A stretch of DNA of 64,000 nt from Methanobacteriota archaeon (lineage in GTDB: Archaea; Thermoplasmatota; Poseidoniia; Poseidoniales; Poseidoniaceae). Each line of letters starts with the position of its first letter. The first letter of the stretch is position 1. The stretch covers positions 15,909 to 79,908 of the forward strand of contig PSPT01000017.1 of assembly GCA_004195635.1 (NCBI GenBank). The letters run 5' to 3'. Under the pieces are notes generated by a model. That model was not told where the DNA came from, searched no databases, and worked only from the letters and a program-made list of their open reading frames with translations. Shown here in pieces: positions 18,980-27,605 of the stretch. Position numbers and translations under genes: made by a program.

Positions 18980-19704
18980 ATGACCGACATTAAGATGAAA
19001 ATCTTCAGAGGCGAAGAAGGCGATGGTGAATTAGTTGAATACGATATTGAGTTAGATGAGGGTATGGTTCTTCTTGACTGTATTCACCGTATTCAACACG
19101 AACAAGAACCTGACCTTTCGTGCCGTTGGAATTGTAAAGCGGGTAAGTGTGGTTCATGTAGTGCTGGACTAGAATGAGTGACGTCATAGAAGAAACACCA
19201 GAAGGTGAAGTCATTACTGTGCGCCCTTTTCAGACTTTCCCTCATGTAAAGGATCTTGTTAGTGATGTTTCTTGGAATTATGAGATGGCTAAGGCGGTTG
19301 CCCCTATCAAGGGACCAGAGGAAGGTGATTGGAAATTCAGTCAGTTCGAAGCAAAACGCGCTCAAGAATTTAGAATGTGTATCGAATGTTTTATCTGCCA
19401 AGACACCTGTCACGTACTCAGAGAATACAAAAAATTCGATGTTTTTGGAGGACCGAGAACAATGGTTCGTATGGCTAACTTTGAAATGCATCCAATGGAC
19501 CAAGAAGACCGTATTCCAGAGATTAAAGACGAATTTGGTATCGCTTACTGTAACATAACAAAATGTTGTACTGATGTTTGTCCAGCAGGAATTAACATTA
19601 CCGACAATGCCATCATTCCGCTTAAGGAAAGAGTTGTCGACCGTTATTATGACCCAGTTAAAAAGATTTGGCGGTTGATAACTGGGGAAAAAGTTCGCAA
19701 GTAA
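18980..19704 (+). pseudogene. sdhB: succinate dehydrogenase iron-sulfur subunit, interrupted (two ORFs 18980..19177 and 19174..19704 in different frames)
   Basis: ORF1 carries CKAGKCGSC (C-x4-C-x2-C) and then stops after SAGLE. ORF2 (-1 frame) carries CIECFICQDTC and CNITKCCTDVCP cluster motifs. The fourth 2Fe-2S cysteine, with its ~11-residue spacer, is absent from ORF1. Confidence 0.8.
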
Positions 19705-19712
19705 ATAATACT

Positions 19713-20231
19713 CTATTGCAAGTTTGAGGTATTTCCTTCTAGTATATACAAATCACATTCAATGACTAGTTTCTCTCCTGCATTATTTGGAAATACATCT
19801 ACTGGATTCTTGGTATCAATATGCTGCCATCCCTTTTTTAGGTACCAGTTTAACAATCGTATCCCATGGGGATGTGAATGACCATCTTTAGCAATCAAAA
19901 CTTCAAGACAAACTTTCTCCATGCTAAGTGATTTTGCTCTTTTAACAACTTCCTTGACAATCACATCACCTCTCCCTTGGCCTTGCTTTGTCTGACAAAC
20001 AGTAATCAAACCAGCCATACATTTGTTATTATCTTTAGGATATACTCTTGCTAGCGCACTATTATCAGATAAAAAAATCAATTCGTTATGCTTGAGGTAA
20101 GTCTTGATTTGCTCGTCATTTATTCGAAAGAACCCTTCTTGCCACAAATGCCCTTCTGATGAATAGTATGCACCATTTATCATTTCAGCTATTTCCACAT
20201 GGTTCATAGTGATGACTTCACTATGTTCCAT
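19713..20231 (-). CDS. GNAT-family N-acetyltransferase
   Basis: Acetyl-CoA motif A-like Q.QGQGRG followed by a helix (VIVKEVVKRAK); ~172 aa from ATG 20231 (MEHSEV). The gene looks more AT-rich than its neighbours. Confidence 0.6.
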   Translation of the reverse strand: MEHSEVITMNHVEIAEMINGAYYSSEGHLWQEGFFRINDEQIKTYLKHNELIFLSDNSALARVYPKDNNKCMAGLITVCQTKQGQGRGDVIVKEVVKRAKSLSMEKVCLEVLIAKDGHSHPHGIRLLNWYLKKGWQHIDTKNPVDVFPNNAGEKLVIECDLYILEGNTSNLQ

Positions 20232-20321
20232 GATTCTTTGTAGGGGTTGGCCTTTTTCTATATTTGCTATTGACTGGGGGGGCAATCACAATTAACATTG
20301 GCCATACCGTATTATGAAAAA

Positions 20322-20348
20322 GAAGGAAAAGAAGGAAAAGAAGGAAAA
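20322..20348. repeat. 3 x 9-bp tandem repeat GAAGGAAAA
   Basis: Read directly in the GNAT/MC1 intergenic region. Confidence 0.8.
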
Positions 20349-20682
20349 ACCCTCTGCTTACTCACAAGAGTAGACGATTCAGGTGATTTGTTAGGTGTTG
20401 CATTTTCGAATGTGAATCATAGCATTTTGTAGGGCATTTACAATTAGTCAAAGGGGGTCAAATTGATGAAATGTCAGTATGCTAAGCACTCCTAAAAAAA
20501 TGTTATTATTTGGAAAAATAATCAATAAACCTGTTTAGATAATGCGAACGATGTATTGCGGCCCGATTCAAAATGTACTCTCGGAACGCCGTATGTGGGT
20601 CCATATGTGGCGCAGTATTGCGTTCTGTCGGCGAAAACATTATAACCTCGGTGGGGTGACGGAAAAAATGGAGGAATACCAA

Positions 20683-20946
20683 ATGGGAGAAAAGAAATAC
20701 TTTGTCCTGATGGAAGGTGGAAGTGACACCAGTCAGGTCTTTGCAAGCAAACAACCACGCGGAGCAGCCCTAAAGGCAGCAACCCGCGGACATACCGACA
20801 TACGTCTACGAGAACGTGGCACAAACCGTGTACACGTCTTCACAGGCGAGATCAATATGGTAGACAAGCCAGCCAATGGGCCAGCTTGGTTACCAGACAA
20901 GATCAAGAAAGCAAATGTCAAAAAAGTTGGAATCGAAAGATTGTGA
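20683..20946 (+). CDS. archaeal chromosomal protein MC1
   Basis: About 88 aa. FASKQPRGAALKAATRG...IRLRERGTNRVHVF...P.W.P.K..K..VKK matches the Methanosarcina MC1 pattern. GGAGG lies 8 nt upstream of ATG 20683. Confidence 0.8.
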   Translation: MGEKKYFVLMEGGSDTSQVFASKQPRGAALKAATRGHTDIRLRERGTNRVHVFTGEINMVDKPANGPAWLPDKIKKANVKKVGIERL

Positions 20947-21002
20947 AACTTATTGTTTGCTATCTGCAACACCAGGCATAGCCTGACCCTTAGGGGATTT
21001 AT

Positions 21003-21039
21003 CCGCCTGTGGCCTGCGGGCCTCAGGCGGTTTTTTTTT
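21003..21039 (+). terminator. hairpin (CCGCCTG..CAGGCGG) followed by T9 run
   Basis: Read directly. It lies between the convergent MC1 and RAM-domain genes. Confidence 0.55.
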
Positions 21040-21108
21040 ATTTTAGGCTAAGATGGGAGCCATCTTTCGAAGAACCTCTTGTAGAGAGGGGGTAAAGGAA
21101 GATTCTGA

Positions 21109-21342
21109 TTAGAACTCAGCACCAGCAAGAGTCTTGGTGTCATGAACGCCAGCAACTTGGCGAATATTTTCAACCACTGTTTTTGCAATAGCACCCATAT
21201 TATCAGCTTCAATTTTTGCCAAAATATCATAATCTCCAAAGAGAAGAGTAGCATCAGTAACATTTGGCATTTCTTTGATTTGCGAATATGCTTCAAATTC
21301 CATTCCAGGTTGAACATTGATGAGAACGTAGCCAATTGCCAT
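21109..21342 (-). CDS. stand-alone Lrp/AsnC-type ligand-binding (RAM) domain protein
   Basis: About 77 aa. MAIGYVLINVQPG...V.....LFGDYDILAKIEA.......V.ENIR.V.GV.DT.T is the AsnC_trans_reg pattern without an HTH. The start could also be ATG 21360. Confidence 0.65.
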   Translation of the reverse strand: MAIGYVLINVQPGMEFEAYSQIKEMPNVTDATLLFGDYDILAKIEADNMGAIAKTVVENIRQVAGVHDTKTLAGAEF

Positions 21343-21450
21343 GTGAACCAACCTTTGCATCACGGCTTGGCTTTTGAGGCTTGGGTTCGGATGAGATGTA
21401 GTATTGAGGTATTGCAAAGGCAAAATCACATATTTTCCAAATATTATGGC

Positions 21451-24400
21451 TTACAATAAATCATCAATAATTTCGTCAAGGTCATTTTGAGGCGAGTTTT
21501 GAGCCAGATATTGTGCCTGAAATTGGGCTTCTGATTCTTCACTTACTTCACTTTCGCGACTTTCATCCACTTCAATAGATTCGTCCGGAGAAAATATCTG
21601 CGATATTTCTTCTTCATCTACTTTGGAAGCAATTGGGGGGGTGGCAAGTTGTGCAGTTTGAGAATCAGGAATGGAGTCTTGTATGGGCGGGGGGGCAAGG
21701 GTTGCATCAATTTCTTCGCTATTGGTTTCAATTTGCTCATCGCTTGAAGAATATTCTTCATCGGTGGAAGTCTCATCTTCAAGTTCAATCCATGCCTTAG
21801 TTTGGCTTTCATCTGCATGTTCAATATTGATTGCAGTTTTTCTTTTATTATACCATAATCCAACCGCGAATAGAATGGAAAAGAGAAGTACAAATGAGAG
21901 TACTGTGAACCATTTTCCTGTATCACCATCTCCCTTTGTATCTGTGGGAATCCCTCCCTCTTCGGGTTCAGTAAAAAGTAATTGTACTGGATTATTCATT
22001 GTTGAATTAGCAATATTGCCACTTTCGTCGCGGCATGATGCACTTATTGAAATGGATTCATTTTGATTATAATCTTTTGTTTGATGAATAATATTGATTT
22101 CTCCACTAATGTCTGGTTGACCATTTGCTTGGCTATGCTGGATTCCATTTGAATCTGTGAAAAATATTTCACACCGGACTCCTGCGAGTCCATCTGCATC
22201 TGAGACAATAATGCTCACATCCAATGGCTCTCCCAGCCCAATCTCTTGTTGAGAAAAGATTTCTATTTCAGGAGGGGAATGAGCAATTGATATCGGCAAA
22301 TTCTGACTGATGGAAAGGCCGTCAAGGTCTGTAATTCTTATTCGGATTAATGCTTGGCCACCGGTATAACTATTTCCAACAAGAAGTCTGAATTTCATTA
22401 TTTGACTCGCCGAATCGACTATTGAAGAATTCGCCTCACAACCAATTGGTGGGTTTTCATCCCAAGGTGGAGATTGTAAATCAAGTAATGGCGATTCTGC
22501 CGCCCAACCAGTTTGTTCAATATCAATTCGATATTGGTCAACATCCCTTGTTGACTGAAGATAAATATATAGCGCAGCAGGCTCATTTTTTGTCAGTTCT
22601 TCAATAATTCCGTTTGAATTACATATTTTTATTTCTAGAATACTTGGTAAAGTAAGAATAACTGGAATAATTTCAGTCACCCTATTTGTCGCACCATGAG
22701 CGCCGGAAATAGAAAATTCCACCTGTAGGTTTCCAATTTCCAAGCCCGCTTCTGCAGCGGGCAGTTCAATAAATACCCCATTTGTATTTGCTGGGATGCT
22801 GATTGGTAGGGTGCTTGTAAGCATACCTGGCCAAGAAACCAAAAGGTCTCCAGTGATAGCCGAATTAGGGTCGTCTCCGTCCATTACTGATAACCATACA
22901 TACTCATTTGAACCAGAACTGAATTCAATCGTATTATTTTGACTATTACGGATACTAATCGTGGGTATTGGTGCTAGATCAGCAATTAAAATACTCCTTC
23001 CATTCCGTAATTCTCCATTGGACCACAATTCGAGTTGTGCAGATTGTAAATCGCCGCCAATTGGTAATATCCAAGTTGACCTATAACAATAAACGCCATT
23101 TTCAAATTGACTCTCGTTACTCACTGAGCCGACAACTCCTTTGCTTGCGGCGAATTGTGGCCATTCACTTATTGGGTCATGATCAGCATCAACCGTACAA
23201 GCGCGAATTAGCACTTGGCGTCCACGTAGTAGTCCATTTTGTGGAATATAAGGCAGGTCACTTGTGCCATCCCACTGCGGGCCATCAACAGTTTCAATGT
23301 GTAGTCCATACCAGCGTGGAACCGCATTAACAAATTCAGAAGCATTTTCAAATATTACCGTTAGTGAAGAAAAATTAGTATTATCAATAGCAATGACTGC
23401 GAGGTCTATCATGCCTAAACTAATATTTACTGGTGCATCAAATACTGTCCACCATTGCATTGCAGTATTATGGCTGGTTTGACTCCAAGTCCATTCCGAT
23501 TGATTCAGGCTTGAATTACTCAACCGCCAGCCAATCAACATTTCGCCGACGGAATCATCATCAGTTGATGTGGCAAAGCAAGCAAAAGTATCTCCTCTTT
23601 CAATTTGAGAAGAAGCACACCATCCATCGGTAACGAGAGGAATTTGGTTGATTAGAATATTTAGCGAAATTGCATTATTGTTTTTAATTCGCTCGGGGAA
23701 TCCGCCCTCTGTACTATTTTTCCAGCGTATGTCATATTCAACATAGCCATTTCGAGTAGGAGTTATTGGCAGGTCAATCATTATTCTACTTCCCACTTGG
23801 TCACCAGGGGGCAAAGTGAGGTTTATACTTCCAACTAATATGTTTCCTTGTTTGTCACGAATTTCCATTTTGCCATTTGCAGAGCCGGGTGCAAGGTTTT
23901 CCAAAATAGTCGATATTGTGCCAAGATGGCCTTCAGTCAAAGTACCATTTGCAGATGCAGATTCTATTGAAACATCATGTAACAAATCAGAGTATGCCGC
24001 CATTTTCGGGTCGCCAACTACAACTCCCATCCAAGAAACCATTGTATTCGCTGCATAATAGGATTCGGCCATTGTATATCCTTCTGCGTAGGTTGGTAGA
24101 AGGATTGAAGGATATGAGATTGCAGTTAAGTATGGCTCGTAAACATAACCTTTGGTCGCTGAAGCCCCATCTTCGAGAATATCTGCTACCAGTGATTGAC
24201 CATAGGTTGTGCCAGAGTTGAACGATCTTCCTCCTGTTGAAACTGCTGTTTCGACAATGCTACCATTTATCCATTCCATATGTGGCCGTATTACACGTAG
24301 TGTCACCGTATCAAAATATATTGAACCATTGTGCGTCATTTGATTAAAATCTGCAAATAAACGAACGGTAAATGAAGTGGCATTCTGATGAGGTCGGAAG

Positions 24401-26838
24401 CGAAAGTAATCCTGCTCCCAAGTTTCTGTAAGATGTCTACCGGTGCTAACATTTGTTGATAACAAAGTTCCATTATCAGAATATGCATCAACCTGCATCC
24501 CCCAATTAGCATTAATCCATCCATCTCGTTGAGCATAAGCCCAGACATTCCAAACGTGCCCTCTCAATTCTTCTTCGATCTGGAATACCTGTTCCACAGA
24601 TGCTTGGGCGCTACCGATGCCACTGAATTGCGGACACTGCCACATGATTTCATTCTTGGAGTCTGCGATATCTGAATCTGTAAGAGTGCTGTTCCAAATT
24701 TTCAATTCATCAATCATTCCAGAAAAATATGTGTCACCAGCGCGATTCACTCCAATTTTGTATAGTTCGATATTATCGATTGTATCATTTGAAAGATTTT
24801 CAGTTCTCACTAATTCACCATTTTTGTATAAACTCAGAATGTTGCTCTCACTATATGTAACAGCAAGATGAGTCCATTCACCGGCATCTACAGTTCCAAA
24901 AGAGTAGGTAGAGTTGTGCCAAACTTGCCAATTTCCATTCGCATCGGTCTCAATTTGGAAAGAACTTCCGTCCCCAGCCATATTGTTCACTGCAAAGATG
25001 CTTGAGTGTAGATCTTGAGTTGCATTGTCTGTGTATACCCACAAGGAAACCGAGAAATCACCATTCCAATTATCAACTTCGACTTTGGCATATTCATCCA
25101 CACCATTGAAATTATATGCCCCAATATCGATTCCGCTACTCCAATTTGTTCCAGCCCCTCCTCCATAGATTGTCAGATTTTCACCATTTATCTCATCCGA
25201 GATAGTTGCACCATTTCCATCATCAAAGGACCAGTAATTTATCAATTCATTTTCTTCAACAGAAATTGGCAAAGCTAAAGTTAGATATGAAGATGGAATA
25301 ATTTGCTTAGTAATGTTTGGACCTGCCCAACTTAGGCCAACTCCACCCCATCCACCTTGCTCAAACATCTCCACATTTATTTGATACAATCCAGAAGAGA
25401 GAATTGTCGAGTTCGAAACTTCTTGGTAGGGATGAATTCCTTGATTGTCGATGAATCGTGTACCATTTAGGTCAAAAATCCCACCATCATCTGCTCCAAG
25501 ATAGAATGTCCAATTTCCATCTTCAGGGATTTCAAGTATAGCAGTATAACGTGCCGAAAAGTAATCGGAAAAACGGCTACTATCTAATCCAGACCAAGCA
25601 TTCGTGGTTGTAGGGTGATTGATGGTAGATTCCACTCGAGTATAATCTGCATTTCTGCCCGTGAGGTCTGGCATTAGAGAAGTGTTGAAAGATATTCCAT
25701 CATTATCAAAATATTCAGCAAAAACACCGTTTGTTGTTGCTGCCAATCCACTTGTGCAGGCGCTCTGAGATTGTGACAACACCCCCTCAATTGCAGCATT
25801 GCCATTACGCTTGACAGCAGTTTGACGTGCCCAAGAAAAGTCCTCATCATTAGTAAGAGTGGGATATGAACTGTTCCAATATCTAGAGTCAGTCCCCCAA
25901 GACGAATCGGAGGTGTCAAATCCAGAATTAGGTAGTAAATTTTCATTCCATGCACCATCATTTGAGCCCCATGATGCGTAACCAATTACATTACTTTGGT
26001 TTGTTAAGAAGGTGGAATTTTGGTTGAATGTTACTGGTAAGCCAAGACTTCCATTTAGACTGGTATTTGCTGCATATAAATCATCATTCCAATATTTGTA
26101 TCCCGAACCATTTCGATTTGTGGCGAGGTCAAGTACAAATTGTCCGCGTTGGCCCAAAGATGAATTCGCTTTGTCAATTAGTCCTAGAGCAGTATCAACA
26201 GAATATCCCGTTAATCTAGTTACAAGTGAAAAGCCATATTTGCTTCGTGAAAATGATTCCATTTCCTTGCCAGCAAGGGGTCCATATCCATGTGTAGTCC
26301 ACCAATCATTGCCTACATCGCCATCATATATTCCTCCAATTAAACCTATTTCGCTATCAAATGATGCCTTACCGGCGCCACTTATTCGTAGCGGGACACC
26401 TTTACTGGTGACTAGATAATTTAAATCATTTGAGCGATTTTCACTTCCAATCCATACTGCAAAAGGGTCGGCAAAATAAGTATTGAATTGAGCACGAGAA
26501 ATTGTTTGCCCAGTGGGTGTATCATCCATGTCAAATAATAATACATGTTCTAAGGAAATGTTTCTCGCAATAACAAATGCCCAGCCGATTGTTCTACTTT
26601 CAGCACTTTTGTTATTGATAAGCACTCCAACATCACTATAATCAAGATAATTAGTTTGATTGAATCCATTTGGAAAGGCAATATCTTGGAATGCAATTGG
26701 GGGGTCTTTGGGTGAGGAAAAAGTCCCCATTTCTTTGTTTTCGGCGATGAGTTCACCCATGGGTAGCAAAATGCTGCTTATTAGTAAAATAACGAGGGTG
26801 AGAGAGAGGTTAAAGCGCCCATCAATGCCCTCTCGCAT
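21451..26838 (-). CDS. giant (~1795 aa) membrane-anchored surface protein with PA14 and LamG (concanavalin-like) domains
   Basis: Signal-anchor N-terminus. PA14 pattern (GVFAEYFDNDG...FSARYTAILEIPEDGNWTFYLGADDGG...GLSWAGPN, ~25300-25730). Laminin_G_3 pattern (...FSGMIDELKIWNSTLTDSD, ~24660-25250). C-terminal TM (WFTVLSFVLLFSILFAVGLWY) plus an acidic tail. Confidence 0.85.
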   Translation of the reverse strand: MREGIDGRFNLSLTLVILLISSILLPMGELIAENKEMGTFSSPKDPPIAFQDIAFPNGFNQTNYLDYSDVGVLINNKSAESRTIGWAFVIARNISLEHVLLFDMDDTPTGQTISRAQFNTYFADPFAVWIGSENRSNDLNYLVTSKGVPLRISGAGKASFDSEIGLIGGIYDGDVGNDWWTTHGYGPLAGKEMESFSRSKYGFSLVTRLTGYSVDTALGLIDKANSSLGQRGQFVLDLATNRNGSGYKYWNDDLYAANTSLNGSLGLPVTFNQNSTFLTNQSNVIGYASWGSNDGAWNENLLPNSGFDTSDSSWGTDSRYWNSSYPTLTNDEDFSWARQTAVKRNGNAAIEGVLSQSQSACTSGLAATTNGVFAEYFDNDGISFNTSLMPDLTGRNADYTRVESTINHPTTTNAWSGLDSSRFSDYFSARYTAILEIPEDGNWTFYLGADDGGIFDLNGTRFIDNQGIHPYQEVSNSTILSSGLYQINVEMFEQGGWGGVGLSWAGPNITKQIIPSSYLTLALPISVEENELINYWSFDDGNGATISDEINGENLTIYGGGAGTNWSSGIDIGAYNFNGVDEYAKVEVDNWNGDFSVSLWVYTDNATQDLHSSIFAVNNMAGDGSSFQIETDANGNWQVWHNSTYSFGTVDAGEWTHLAVTYSESNILSLYKNGELVRTENLSNDTIDNIELYKIGVNRAGDTYFSGMIDELKIWNSTLTDSDIADSKNEIMWQCPQFSGIGSAQASVEQVFQIEEELRGHVWNVWAYAQRDGWINANWGMQVDAYSDNGTLLSTNVSTGRHLTETWEQDYFRFRPHQNATSFTVRLFADFNQMTHNGSIYFDTVTLRVIRPHMEWINGSIVETAVSTGGRSFNSGTTYGQSLVADILEDGASATKGYVYEPYLTAISYPSILLPTYAEGYTMAESYYAANTMVSWMGVVVGDPKMAAYSDLLHDVSIESASANGTLTEGHLGTISTILENLAPGSANGKMEIRDKQGNILVGSINLTLPPGDQVGSRIMIDLPITPTRNGYVEYDIRWKNSTEGGFPERIKNNNAISLNILINQIPLVTDGWCASSQIERGDTFACFATSTDDDSVGEMLIGWRLSNSSLNQSEWTWSQTSHNTAMQWWTVFDAPVNISLGMIDLAVIAIDNTNFSSLTVIFENASEFVNAVPRWYGLHIETVDGPQWDGTSDLPYIPQNGLLRGRQVLIRACTVDADHDPISEWPQFAASKGVVGSVSNESQFENGVYCYRSTWILPIGGDLQSAQLELWSNGELRNGRSILIADLAPIPTISIRNSQNNTIEFSSGSNEYVWLSVMDGDDPNSAITGDLLVSWPGMLTSTLPISIPANTNGVFIELPAAEAGLEIGNLQVEFSISGAHGATNRVTEIIPVILTLPSILEIKICNSNGIIEELTKNEPAALYIYLQSTRDVDQYRIDIEQTGWAAESPLLDLQSPPWDENPPIGCEANSSIVDSASQIMKFRLLVGNSYTGGQALIRIRITDLDGLSISQNLPISIAHSPPEIEIFSQQEIGLGEPLDVSIIVSDADGLAGVRCEIFFTDSNGIQHSQANGQPDISGEINIIHQTKDYNQNESISISASCRDESGNIANSTMNNPVQLLFTEPEEGGIPTDTKGDGDTGKWFTVLSFVLLFSILFAVGLWYNKRKTAINIEHADESQTKAWIELEDETSTDEEYSSSDEQIETNSEEIDATLAPPPIQDSIPDSQTAQLATPPIASKVDEEEISQIFSPDESIEVDESRESEVSEESEAQFQAQYLAQNSPQNDLDEIIDDLL

Positions 26839-26969
26839 ACGACTAAGCCTGCACTCATTAGTCAATAGTCTGCCGCAAAAATGTTACTAGTGATTTTTTG
26901 GAAAAAAATAGCAAAACTTGAATGGTAAAGCGGTGATAATATAGCCGACGGCCCCACCTGCGGTAACTA

Positions 26970-27596
26970 ATGGATGTTCTATACTTGTCTCGCGAATGCC
27001 GTCATGGCCGTTTGCTTGTAGTGGGTGGCGACCTGCAAAAGATGTCAGGTGACGCAATTATCGCTCCAGCAAACAACCGATTATCTGGTCGCGAAGGGCT
27101 TGATGCTGAAATTCACAAGGGAGCAGGAGAAGAATTAACAAAAAAGTGTAGGGAAATCTCAGTTGAAAAGAGAAAATCAAACCACCCTCCATGTTTACCA
27201 ACGACAAATGTTGTAACCGAACCCTATGGATTATCTAGCCAATTCAAGTATCTAATTCACGCAGTAGCGCCCGATTGCCGTCGACCAAATCAAGATGAAG
27301 CAAGAAGGGATATGATAAAGGATGTATACAAAAATTTATTCATAACATTAAAGGAATTAAAAGATGTGAAGAAAGTAGTTGCTGCACCTCTGTCAATGGG
27401 TATTTTTTGCTACCCTCACCGTGAAGGTTCTAAAATGACTTTGAATATATTACTCGATTGGCTTGATGGCGAAGAAGATCCAGGTGTTGAAGAATATATT
27501 CTCGTTGTAAAAGAAAAGAACTTGATAAAGAATATGCGTACTGTATATCGAGAAACTGAAGACCAACTCCCTGGTATTGATACAACTAACTCTTGA
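26970..27596 (+). CDS. macro domain protein (ADP-ribose/O-acetyl-ADP-ribose binding or hydrolase)
   Basis: GDLQKMSGDAIIAPANNRLSGREGLDAEIHKGAG and IHAVAP, with a downstream PLSMGIF, fit the macro fold motifs. Confidence 0.75.
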   Translation: MDVLYLSRECRHGRLLVVGGDLQKMSGDAIIAPANNRLSGREGLDAEIHKGAGEELTKKCREISVEKRKSNHPPCLPTTNVVTEPYGLSSQFKYLIHAVAPDCRRPNQDEARRDMIKDVYKNLFITLKELKDVKKVVAAPLSMGIFCYPHREGSKMTLNILLDWLDGEEDPGVEEYILVVKEKNLIKNMRTVYRETEDQLPGIDTTNS

Positions 27597-27605
27597 GGCG
27601 GTTAA

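Noticed and set aside
19159-19177. Programmed -1 ribosomal frameshift or deliberately split sdhB
   Set aside because: No slippery heptamer or downstream structure is evident. About 10 codons of the conserved 2Fe-2S spacer appear to be missing, which a frameshift would not restore. Deletion or assembly error is more parsimonious. It is kept as a finding for verification.
19713-20348. AT-rich GNAT gene flanked by a 9-bp tandem repeat as a possible small horizontally acquired islet
   Set aside because: It is a single gene with no direct repeats on both sides, no integrase and no tRNA target. The composition difference was judged by eye only.
20455-20520. UGAUGA (C-box-like) sequence suggesting a C/D box sRNA in the MC1 upstream region
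   Set aside because: There are no matching D/D' CUGA boxes or terminal stem at the appropriate spacing.
20506-20972. Minus-strand ORFs (82, 100 and 79 aa) and the long 134-aa version of the MC1 ORF
   Set aside because: MC1 homology begins only at MGEKKYFVL (ATG 20683, with GGAGG upstream). The 5' extension and the antisense ORFs have no support.
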